From: Candidatus Multivoradales bacterium
Lineage (GTDB): Bacteria > Acidobacteriota > Thermoanaerobaculia > Multivoradales > JAHEKO01
Reading direction: 5' to 3'
Assembly: GCA_965248055.1 (NCBI GenBank)
Contig: CBDFIJ010000004.1
Coordinates: 736,001 to 800,000, forward strand
DNA: 64,000 bases
Below are positions 39,507 through 47,353 of the stretch, piece by piece. The notes beneath the pieces were generated by a model. The model saw only the letters and a list, made by a program, of their open reading frames with translations, was not told the origin of the DNA and searched no databases. A program made the position numbers and the translations under genes. The stretch's first letter is position 1. Each line of letters begins with the position of its first letter.

Positions 39507-39522
39507 CCCCGACCTAGAGCTT
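39507..39522 (-). repeat. Third partial (16-bp) copy of the att core just upstream of the integrase RBS
   Basis: CCCCGACCTAGAGCTT is identical to an internal part of both att repeats. Confidence 0.8.
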
Positions 39523-39709
39523 GTGGATCCGTTGATCCGGCGACAACTTACAAGCGACCTACAGTTTGATAATCCGTTGGTCGAAATGGTTCTCGTGTAT
39601 CGCCTGTGTAGCACTTTCGGCCCGTTCCATGACGTAGACCAGCGTACCACGTGCGGCGAGCACATGCCAAGTTTACCTGTTATTTATTGACGTTCTTCGA
39701 AGAAAGTGG

Positions 39710-39786
39710 TGGTGCGGCTGGAGGGAGTCGAACCCCCGACCTAGAGCTTAGGAGGCTCTCGCTCTATCCAGCTGAGCTACAGCCGC
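39710..39786 (-). tRNA. tRNA-Arg(CCT)
   Basis: GCGGCTGTAGCTCAGCTGGATAGAGCGAGAGCCTCCTAAGCTCTAGGTCGGGGGTTCGACTCCCTCCAGCCGCACCA folds as a cloverleaf with anticodon CCT; TAGAAT -10 at 39807-39802. Confidence 0.97.
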
Positions 39787-39822
39787 GTCTTGGCGACCAG
39801 GATTCTACCGATCTTCCATTTT

Positions 39823-40341
39823 CTAGTACTGCAATAAAGCCTCGAGACGATAGCCCTCGAGCGCTGCGCGTCCCTCGAGCCCGACCAACTCAATCAAAAC
39901 TTCAACCGCCACGACATCTCCACCTAGGCCGGATATCAGGTCAGCGGTGGCGCGGGCAGTGCCTCCGGTGGCGATCAGGTCGTCCAGGATCAAGACCTTA
40001 TCCCCTTCTTGGATCGCGTCAGCGTGGACTTCAACAGTGTCGGAGCCGTATTCCAGGTCGTAGCTTTGGCTGCGGGTTTCGGCGGGCAGTTTGCCAACTT
40101 TGCGCACAGGAACAAACCCGACATTCAGCTCGTAGGCGACCACCGGGCCGAGAATGAACCCTCGCGACTCGATACCGACAATCTTGTCGATCTTGGTATC
40201 TTCGACCAATTCCATTAAGCCGTGTATCGCTTTGCGGAGGCCCAACGGATCGATTAGCAGCGTGGTGATGTCATAAAAAAGAATCCCCGGTTTGGGGAAA
40301 TCTGGGATTTCACGAATATAGCTCTTGAGTTCATGTGACAT
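39823..40341 (-). CDS. apt: Adenine phosphoribosyltransferase
   Basis: DFPKPGILF, ESRGF, YDLEYG, DDLIATGGT. Confidence 0.97.
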   Translation of the reverse strand: MSHELKSYIREIPDFPKPGILFYDITTLLIDPLGLRKAIHGLMELVEDTKIDKIVGIESRGFILGPVVAYELNVGFVPVRKVGKLPAETRSQSYDLEYGSDTVEVHADAIQEGDKVLILDDLIATGGTARATADLISGLGGDVVAVEVLIELVGLEGRAALEGYRLEALLQY

Positions 40342-40358
40342 AGGAAGTCCTAGTGAGA

Positions 40359-40994
40359 TTAGTCGGCGACCGGCGGCTCTGGATCCGCCACCGGTGATTC
40401 GGGATCGGTGCGTCCGATCCTGCCGGCGCCCCTGCCGAGCAACCAGAACCCACCGATCAGCAGGATAACAAAGGCAATGGTGAGGACACCGAGGTAGTTT
40501 TCAATAAACGCCTGAATGGGAGTGCCGAACAGACGGATCAACCCGGCAACCAGAAAAAACCGAGCGGATCGGGAGAGTATCGAGGCGATGACAAAAATGC
40601 GGAAATTGACGGCGAAGACTCCCCCGGCGATGGTGAAGACTTTGTAGGGAATCGGGGTCAGGCCGGCGATACCGGTCGCCCAAGCGTTGTAGCGATCATA
40701 GAGTTCTTCGACTTTCTGAATCCGGTCACTGCCACCAAACATTTTTTGCAGAATCGGCCGACCGCCTTTGATGCCGATACCGTAGCCGGCGATGCCGCCG
40801 AGGACTGAGCCCAGGCTGCAGATAAAGGCAAACCACACCCAGCGAGTGGGGTCGCCCAAAACCAAGGCGATCAGCAATACGTCTGCGGCTATCGGGAAGA
40901 AGCTACTCTCCATAAAGGCGAGGGCGAACAGCGCCCATGAGCCGTGCGGAGAGCCGGCCCAACTCTCCACCCAACGCAGCAAGTCGTGGAGCAT
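40359..40994 (-). CDS. YqaA/DedA (VTT-domain) membrane protein
   Basis: FMESSFFPI, TPIPYKVFTI. Confidence 0.88.
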   Translation of the reverse strand: MLHDLLRWVESWAGSPHGSWALFALAFMESSFFPIAADVLLIALVLGDPTRWVWFAFICSLGSVLGGIAGYGIGIKGGRPILQKMFGGSDRIQKVEELYDRYNAWATGIAGLTPIPYKVFTIAGGVFAVNFRIFVIASILSRSARFFLVAGLIRLFGTPIQAFIENYLGVLTIAFVILLIGGFWLLGRGAGRIGRTDPESPVADPEPPVAD

Positions 40995-41048
40995 GGTTTC
41001 AAATCGATGCCACATTATGAGCCCGGATGATCCAAGATGTTGTGACGC

Positions 41049-41711
41049 TCATGAATCATTCGGGCTATCCTCCCAGCCGTGACGGCCGATCAAGGGGACA
41101 AACGCCACCGGTTCGCCCGCCTGGCGCGCCACTCCTTCGTGGGTTTTGTCGTAAACCGTCAGCCGCTGCATTTCTCGATTACCCTCTGGCACCACCAAGC
41201 GTCCACCTTCGGCCAACTGGGTGAGTAAGGCAGAAGGCACTTTTGGCGCTCCTGCGGTAACCATGATGCGATCGAAAGGAGCCATCTCGCTCCAGCCAAC
41301 CGTACCGTCAAAGACATGAACCTTGACGTTGTCGACTCCCAGACTACGCAAACGGGCAACCGCATCTCGCCCCAAGTCGGGAATCCGCTCCAGGCTAAAT
41401 ACCCGTCGGGCGAGCCGCGCCAAGATCGCGGTCTGATATCCCGAGCCAGTACCGATCTCTAACACTGAATCCTCGTCTCCAACCCGCAGCAATTCGGTCA
41501 TTCGGGCGACCACATAGGGTTGCGAAATGGTCTGGTCATTGCCGATCGGTAGCGCTGCATCCCGATAGGCCTGGGTCTCCAAGTGTGACGGGACGAAGAC
41601 TTCCCTGGGCACGGCGGCCATTGCTTCCAAAACCCGTTGGTTGGCGATTCCTTTGCACTCCAGCAAGCGAATCATGCGGTCGCGGCGAAGATTCCTGGGA
41701 GCGTTATTCAC
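41049..41711 (-). CDS. pcm: Protein-L-isoaspartate O-methyltransferase
   Basis: QTISQP, LEIGTGSGY, APFDRI, FVPL. Confidence 0.96.
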   Translation of the reverse strand: MNNAPRNLRRDRMIRLLECKGIANQRVLEAMAAVPREVFVPSHLETQAYRDAALPIGNDQTISQPYVVARMTELLRVGDEDSVLEIGTGSGYQTAILARLARRVFSLERIPDLGRDAVARLRSLGVDNVKVHVFDGTVGWSEMAPFDRIMVTAGAPKVPSALLTQLAEGGRLVVPEGNREMQRLTVYDKTHEGVARQAGEPVAFVPLIGRHGWEDSPNDS

Positions 41712-42504
41712 GGCCCTCTCCCTGGGTTTCTCGATCTTCTCCACTCTGGCCCAGCTTCGCCGTCAACTCGCTCAAGCGCGGGTCTCCGGCAAGCCTTCGG
41801 TAGTCCGTCAGGTCCAAATGAAGCGGAGTGATCGAAACCTCGCCAGCCAAGATCGCCGCGTGGTCGGTGCCCTCTTCGTCTTGCCACTCTGGAGTGCCGG
41901 AAATCCAGAAATAGCGCCGGCCTCGCGGATCCGATTTCTCCGAAATCACCTGCTCGTAGGTGCGCGTGCCCAATCGCGTGAGCGACGCTTCTGTGAAGTC
42001 GCGCGCTGGAAAATTAACGTTGAGCAGTACTTTCGGCGCCACCTCTTGGCATAAGACCTCTTGCACCAGACGTCGAGCGAAGCGCGCAGCTCGACCTCGA
42101 TCGGCCTCTTGATCCCGCTGAGAGAAGGCAATCGAAGGAATTCCCAGCAACGAGCCTTCAAAGGTGGCACTGACGGTCCCGGAGTAGGTAACGTCATCAC
42201 CCAGGTTCAACCCATGATTGATGCCCGAAAGCACCAAATCCGGTGGGTTGTCTTTCATCAACCACAACACCGCGAGGTTGACGCAATCGGTGGGAGTACC
42301 GTCGACGCTGTAGACACCCTCCTCCAGCATCTCCAAACGCAGCGGTCGGTGCAGTGTCAAAGCGTGCCCGGAGGCGCTCTGCTCGCGATCTGGAGCAACC
42401 ACCGTCACTTCGGCAATCTGTTCCATCTCCTTGGCCAGCTCGCGCAAGCCTGGAGCCAGAACCCCATCGTCGTTGGTCAGCAGTAGTCGCGGTCGCGTCG
42501 TCAC
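41704..42504 (-). CDS. surE: 5'/3'-nucleotidase SurE
   Basis: TNDDG, GTPTDC, SGINHGLN, YSGTV. Confidence 0.97.
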   Translation of the reverse strand: MTTRPRLLLTNDDGVLAPGLRELAKEMEQIAEVTVVAPDREQSASGHALTLHRPLRLEMLEEGVYSVDGTPTDCVNLAVLWLMKDNPPDLVLSGINHGLNLGDDVTYSGTVSATFEGSLLGIPSIAFSQRDQEADRGRAARFARRLVQEVLCQEVAPKVLLNVNFPARDFTEASLTRLGTRTYEQVISEKSDPRGRRYFWISGTPEWQDEEGTDHAAILAGEVSITPLHLDLTDYRRLAGDPRLSELTAKLGQSGEDRETQGEGRE

Positions 42505-42531
42505 GCTGTCGAATCCTTCTGGTCGCCCGCT

Positions 42532-43401
42532 CTAGTCAGCCAGGTAAGGGGCGAGCAAGGGCCGCAACGCTTCGATCGTGCTATCGGGCACCAAAGACAA
42601 GTCGGTGACCAACGATTGGCCCAAGACTCCCTGGTAAGGACTGGCCTGATCTTCGGCAATCCGCGCCAGAATTTCGGCCAACGAGCACTGAGCCGTTTTG
42701 ACATTTTCTTGGATCACTTCCATCACCGCGACGCCGCTGACGTCATCTTCTTCCTCGTGCCAGCAGTCGTAGTCGGTGACCATCGCCAAGGTGGCGTAGC
42801 TCATCTCCGCTTCGCGAGCCAGCTTGGCCTCTTGGAGGTTGGTCATGCCGATGATGTCCATACCCCACGAGCGATAGACGTTCGATTCAGCGCGAGTGGA
42901 AAACTGCGGGCCTTCCATGTTGACGTAGGTTCCGCCCTCGTGCACCGTTGCTCCTGCAGCCCGCGCACCTTCGACCAATACCGACGCCAGCGTCGGGCAG
43001 ACCGGCTCGGCGATCGAGACATGGGCAACCAGGCCGTCACCAAAAAAGGTATCCACACGGTGACGGGTGCGGTCATAGAACTGGTGTGGCACCACGATTT
43101 CCGTTGGTTTGTACTCCATTTGTAGCGATCCGACCGCGGACACCGAAACAATCCACTCCACTCCTAGGCTCTTGAGGCCCCAAATGTTGGCGCGAAAGTT
43201 CAATTCCGACGGCAAGATGCGATGGCCACGGCCATGTCGTGGCAGGAAAGCCACATCGCGTCCGCCAATTCGCCCAATAACGTAGGCATCCGAGGCATCT
43301 CCAAATGGAGTCTCAATCTGCCGTTCTTCCAAGACCTCGATCCCATCCATCTCATAGAGCCCGCTGCCACCAATCACACCAATCCTGATTTCTTCACTCA
43401 T
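42532..43401 (-). CDS. mtnP: S-methyl-5'-thioadenosine phosphorylase
   Basis: IGGSG, RHGRGH, EGPQFSTRAES, GMT, VTDYD. Confidence 0.95.
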   Translation of the reverse strand: MSEEIRIGVIGGSGLYEMDGIEVLEERQIETPFGDASDAYVIGRIGGRDVAFLPRHGRGHRILPSELNFRANIWGLKSLGVEWIVSVSAVGSLQMEYKPTEIVVPHQFYDRTRHRVDTFFGDGLVAHVSIAEPVCPTLASVLVEGARAAGATVHEGGTYVNMEGPQFSTRAESNVYRSWGMDIIGMTNLQEAKLAREAEMSYATLAMVTDYDCWHEEEDDVSGVAVMEVIQENVKTAQCSLAEILARIAEDQASPYQGVLGQSLVTDLSLVPDSTIEALRPLLAPYLAD

Positions 43402-43439
43402 CTAACTTCCTCAATGGTTCGTTTTATTTCTTAGTTATT

Positions 43440-44372
43440 CTAGGTACGCGAAGCGATGGTCGCACTGATCGCCTCAGCGGTCTGCAATGCCACCAGCCCC
43501 TGCGCGCCGTTGACCTGCCGCGCGTTTTGACCACTGCAAGCGCCGACAAAAGCCTCGAGTTCATCGGCCAGCGGATTGGCACCCTCTTGGGTCACCACAG
43601 TTTCCACGATCTCTGGCTCCGCACCCTCTTTCTTGATGACCTCAAATTGATTCATCGTCATGCTTTCGAAGTCGAGGGCACAATAGAGTTGCGGGAAAAA
43701 GGCGCGAAGCCGTCGTTCTTTGCGCAGACTAACGCGGGAAGCGGTCAAGTTGGCGACCATTCCCGAACCGAACTCCAGTCTGACATTGGCGATGTCGACC
43801 TTGTCCGACAACGCCGCAGTACCCACCGCACGGATTTCCACCACCGGCGTGTCGTCCAATTCGTGTAGCAACTGCAAATCGTGGATCATCACATCGGCGA
43901 TAACGTCGATGTCCAGGCTGCGCTTGGTGAATCCCGAACGGCGTTGGACCTCTACGTATCCAGGTGCTCGATTGAGGTTGAGCAAAGCCTGAGTTGCAGG
44001 GTTATAAAACTCTACGTGCCCCACCGCAACAATGCGATCGCCCGCAGCATCGAGCATCTTCTGAGCTTGTTTTGCGGTGCTGGCAATCGGTTTTTCGACC
44101 AACACATGGCAGTCATGGGCGAACGCGGTCTCGGCTATCTCCAGATGTTGCTGGGTCGGAGCGGCGATCACCAAGGCTTGACAATCTCGGGCCAACTCCT
44201 CGACGCTTGAAAACGAAGCCACTCCGTGCTCTGCGACGATGGTCCCGGCGACCGATGGATCTGCATCGAACACCCCCACCAAATGGGCACTTTCCAAGCC
44301 CTTGAGCAACCGCACATGGTGACGCCCCATGGAACCGGTACCGACGACGCCGATGGCTAGTGCTTCAGGCAC
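43440..44372 (-). CDS. Gfo/Idh/MocA oxidoreductase (GnnA-like by position)
   Basis: GTGSMG, VEKP, GHVE, DVMIHD; directly after lpxA. Confidence 0.88.
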   Translation of the reverse strand: MPEALAIGVVGTGSMGRHHVRLLKGLESAHLVGVFDADPSVAGTIVAEHGVASFSSVEELARDCQALVIAAPTQQHLEIAETAFAHDCHVLVEKPIASTAKQAQKMLDAAGDRIVAVGHVEFYNPATQALLNLNRAPGYVEVQRRSGFTKRSLDIDVIADVMIHDLQLLHELDDTPVVEIRAVGTAALSDKVDIANVRLEFGSGMVANLTASRVSLRKERRLRAFFPQLYCALDFESMTMNQFEVIKKEGAEPEIVETVVTQEGANPLADELEAFVGACSGQNARQVNGAQGLVALQTAEAISATIASRT

Positions 44373-45182
44373 CACGTTGCCCACTACGATCACTGTCCGG
44401 CAACTTACGGATCACGCCCTTCTTGCTGTTGGTTATAAAGCCGACCCAATTCTTGGCGTCCTCATCTTCGGATAACTAGCCACAATCTTTTCTACCGCTT
44501 GGCTGGTGTTGAGACCACTTCTGACCAGGATACGAAACAGATCATCTAGCACCTTTATCCGCTCGCGGGCAAACCCTTTGCGCCGCAGACCCACCCGGTT
44601 GATGCCATAGACCTTGGGGGTTCCGCCCACCGTTTTGACAAACGGCAAGGCGTCCCGTGTGACCACGGTAAAGCCACCCAGGTAGGCGTGCTGCCCGACA
44701 CGGCAAAACTGATGCACCGCGCTAAACGCACCGATCGTCACGTGATCGGCAATTTCCACATGACCGGCAAGCGTCGCATTGTTGATAAACACCGTCGAAT
44801 CGCCAATGTGGCAATCGTGAGCGATATGGGAATAGACCATAAACAAGTTGTCGCTGCCGATGGTGGTCAACCCCCCTCCAGCGCCGGTACCACGGTGCAC
44901 GGTACAAAATTCGCGAAACACGTTGCGGTCGCCGACTTCCAGCCGTACCTCTTCGGTACCAAACTTCAAGTCTTGGGGCTCAAAGCCAATCGCTGCATGC
45001 GGGTAGATGCGGTTTTCAACCCCGAGAACCGTCGGACCGCGCAACTGAGCACCGGCGCCGATCTCGCAATCTTGACCAATGACGACCTGCGGTCCAATCA
45101 CCGCGAAAGGGCCAACAGAAACACCGTTAGCGATCTGCGCGCGCGGATCCACCACCGCGGTTTCATGAATCAATCCGCTCAT
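44365..45182 (-). CDS. lpxA: UDP-GlcNAc O-acyltransferase LpxA (apparent 1-nt frameshift near 44470)
   Basis: Hexapeptide repeats, PQDLKF, HRGT, HIAHDC, HQFC; one extra base restores FITNSKKGVIR and a stop at 44365. Confidence 0.95.
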
Positions 45183-45190
45183 CGTGCTCC

Positions 45191-45637
45191 CTATCGCGGG
45201 ACCATCGCAGAGGTAATCGTGGCTTCGGCAGCGAGTTCTCCGTCGACTTTGGCAAGCGCGTGCAATTTGCAGTAGTCGCGGCGCAAACGGAGAACGTCCA
45301 CTTCGTAAACCAACCGGTCGCCAGGAAGAACCGGACGCCGGAAACGAGCCTTGTCAATCCCCGCGAAGTAAACCAACTGCTGGTCGCGATCCTCTCGATT
45401 GGAAAGAAGCAGGACACCGCCGGTCTGCGCTAGGCCCTCAATGATCAACACTCCCGGCATCACCGGAGCCCCGGGAAAATGACCGTTGAAGAAATCTTCA
45501 TTGATGGTCACATTCTTGTAGGCAACGATCCGTTTGTCTTCTTCCAGCTCGACTACCCGATCGACCAGAAGCATCGGGTAACGATGCGGAAGCACTTCAA
45601 GAATCCAGGAAATATCCCACTCTGGCTGGTCAGTCAT
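45191..45637 (-). CDS. fabZ: 3-hydroxyacyl-ACP dehydratase
   Basis: LPHRYPMLLVD, GHFP..PGVLIIE. Confidence 0.97.
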   Translation of the reverse strand: MTDQPEWDISWILEVLPHRYPMLLVDRVVELEEDKRIVAYKNVTINEDFFNGHFPGAPVMPGVLIIEGLAQTGGVLLLSNREDRDQQLVYFAGIDKARFRRPVLPGDRLVYEVDVLRLRRDYCKLHALAKVDGELAAEATITSAMVPR

Positions 45638-46685
45638 CTTCCGTTTGCGTTTCATCGTCCTGTTCTCGATTCATCAACTCTTCCAAGTCTCGCACCCTTC
45701 GTTCCAATTCGCCAAGACGACGCAACCGGACCGACTGTCGCTTCCACTCCATCAATGGAATACCCGGAACGCCACCCCACTTGGTCCCCGGTGCGGCGTC
45801 ATCGTACAACGCACATTTGGAGGCGATCTGGACATCATCACCGACCTTAAGGTGGCCGGAAACGCCAGCGTGTCCACCCATCACCACGCGGTCGCCCAGG
45901 GTCGCACTACCGGCGATCGCCGAACCAGCGACAATCATGTTGGCGCGCCCAACTTGGGCATTGTGCCCCACCTGAACCAAGTTGTCGATCTTGGTCCCGG
46001 CGCCGATCACAGTATCTTCAAGAAGCGCACGATCAACCGTGGTGTTGGCCCCGATCTCGACATCGTCCTGCACTACAACCCGCCCCAAGTGCCTGATTTT
46101 CTGATGCCCTGAAGCATCGGACACATAACCGAACCCGTCTGCCCCAATCACCACCCCCGAATGAAGCTGTACTCGGTCCCCGATCCAACATTGATCATAG
46201 ACACTGACCATGGGAAACAACGTTGATTCAGCGCCAACCGTCACGTTCGCACCGATCGCGACCTGGCCAACCAGGCGACTACCTGGACCGATTCGTGCTC
46301 CATCGCCGATCACACACAGCGGTCCGATCATCGCCGTGGGGTCGATCAGCGCACTGTCAGCCACCACCGCACTCGGATCGACCCCAGGTTGCCAACTATC
46401 GGCAGGAGCGAGTCGCTCGAGAATCGTTGCCAGGGCGCGATGAGGATCGTCCACCACCACCTGATGCCAACTGGCCGCAGACTGCGCCGAGTCGATTTGC
46501 TTTGCCAACAGCAAAGCCCCCGCCCCGCTCACCTCCGCTTCTACCCGATAACGAGGATGGGCCAAGAAGGCCAGATCATGCGGCCCCGCAGCCACCAAGG
46601 ACCGCACCCGCTCGATCTCATACGAAGTATCCCCGATGACCTGACCGCCAACCCAAGAAGCGATGTCGCCGAGCGAGTAAGACAA
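45630..46685 (-). CDS. lpxD: UDP-3-O-acylglucosamine N-acyltransferase
   Basis: IGADGFGY, GANTTVDR, KIDNLVQVGHN. Confidence 0.96.
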   Translation of the reverse strand: MSYSLGDIASWVGGQVIGDTSYEIERVRSLVAAGPHDLAFLAHPRYRVEAEVSGAGALLLAKQIDSAQSAASWHQVVVDDPHRALATILERLAPADSWQPGVDPSAVVADSALIDPTAMIGPLCVIGDGARIGPGSRLVGQVAIGANVTVGAESTLFPMVSVYDQCWIGDRVQLHSGVVIGADGFGYVSDASGHQKIRHLGRVVVQDDVEIGANTTVDRALLEDTVIGAGTKIDNLVQVGHNAQVGRANMIVAGSAIAGSATLGDRVVMGGHAGVSGHLKVGDDVQIASKCALYDDAAPGTKWGGVPGIPLMEWKRQSVRLRRLGELERRVRDLEELMNREQDDETQTEDD

Positions 46686-46686
46686 A

Positions 46687-47340
46687 CTACCCCTCGGCGG
46701 GGGCCGTCGTCTCAGAGGCTTTCTGATTGTTGTAGCGCTCTACCACCAAGCCAGTGATATTGACCTGCTCGTGGGAGTAGACAACACCTCCATCGGTGAT
46801 GCTGAGGATCGCGGCAAACTGGTTCTCTTGTCCGATTTGGCGAATCAAAGGAACAATTTCCCGCTCGATGGTGCCAAAGCTTCTGGCCTGTGCCGTCTGT
46901 AGCTCTTGCTCCGCATCCTGAACGCTACGCCGATACGCGGTTGTGCCATCTTCTAGCTGTCTGTTGAGTTCATTCAAACGCTCCTGAGAGAGCGACAGAC
47001 GGCCTTCGGTAATCTGCGTCTGGAGTTGCTCCAGAGCTACACTTGCGGCTTCCAATGCGGCCGTCTTGGCCTCCTTCAAGGCTTCCATCTCTTGCATCGC
47101 TTGCTGACCAACGTTGGAGTCGCTAATCAAGCGGCGAACGTCAATCACGCCGATTTTGGTCGGCACCGCCGTCGCTTGCACTGCGGCGGTTTCTACTGCG
47201 TCCACGGGGGCAGTCGCCGATTCGGCGGTTGTCTCCTGTGCGGCTCCCGCTCCAGCGCCTACCCCACTCAACAAGAATACAGCCAGGACACTGACCTGGG
47301 TCAGGCCTGCATGCAAAAATTTCATCATTCGATTTCTCAT
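46687..47340 (-). CDS. skp: OmpH/Skp periplasmic chaperone
   Basis: Signal peptide, KIGVID, coiled coil; between bamA and lpxD. Confidence 0.88.
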   Translation of the reverse strand: MRNRMMKFLHAGLTQVSVLAVFLLSGVGAGAGAAQETTAESATAPVDAVETAAVQATAVPTKIGVIDVRRLISDSNVGQQAMQEMEALKEAKTAALEAASVALEQLQTQITEGRLSLSQERLNELNRQLEDGTTAYRRSVQDAEQELQTAQARSFGTIEREIVPLIRQIGQENQFAAILSITDGGVVYSHEQVNITGLVVERYNNQKASETTAPAEG

Positions 47341-47353
47341 CAACAATCTTCTC

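Larger units (their letters stand above)
30269..39758 (-). mobile_element. Integrated phage-satellite-like element (9,441 bp att-to-att) in tRNA-Arg(CCT)
   Basis: 49-bp direct repeat of the tRNA 3' part at both ends; integrase next to the tRNA; Xis/AlpA, helicase and terminase genes. Confidence 0.93.

Noticed and set aside
30269-39758. Complete prophage or ICE
   Set aside because: Only 9.4 kb, with no structural, lysis, relaxase or conjugation genes recognised
9981-44471. Programmed frameshifting in nnr, DUF62 or lpxA
   Set aside because: No slippery heptamers or known recoding in these families; the shared one-base-short pattern points to sequencing error
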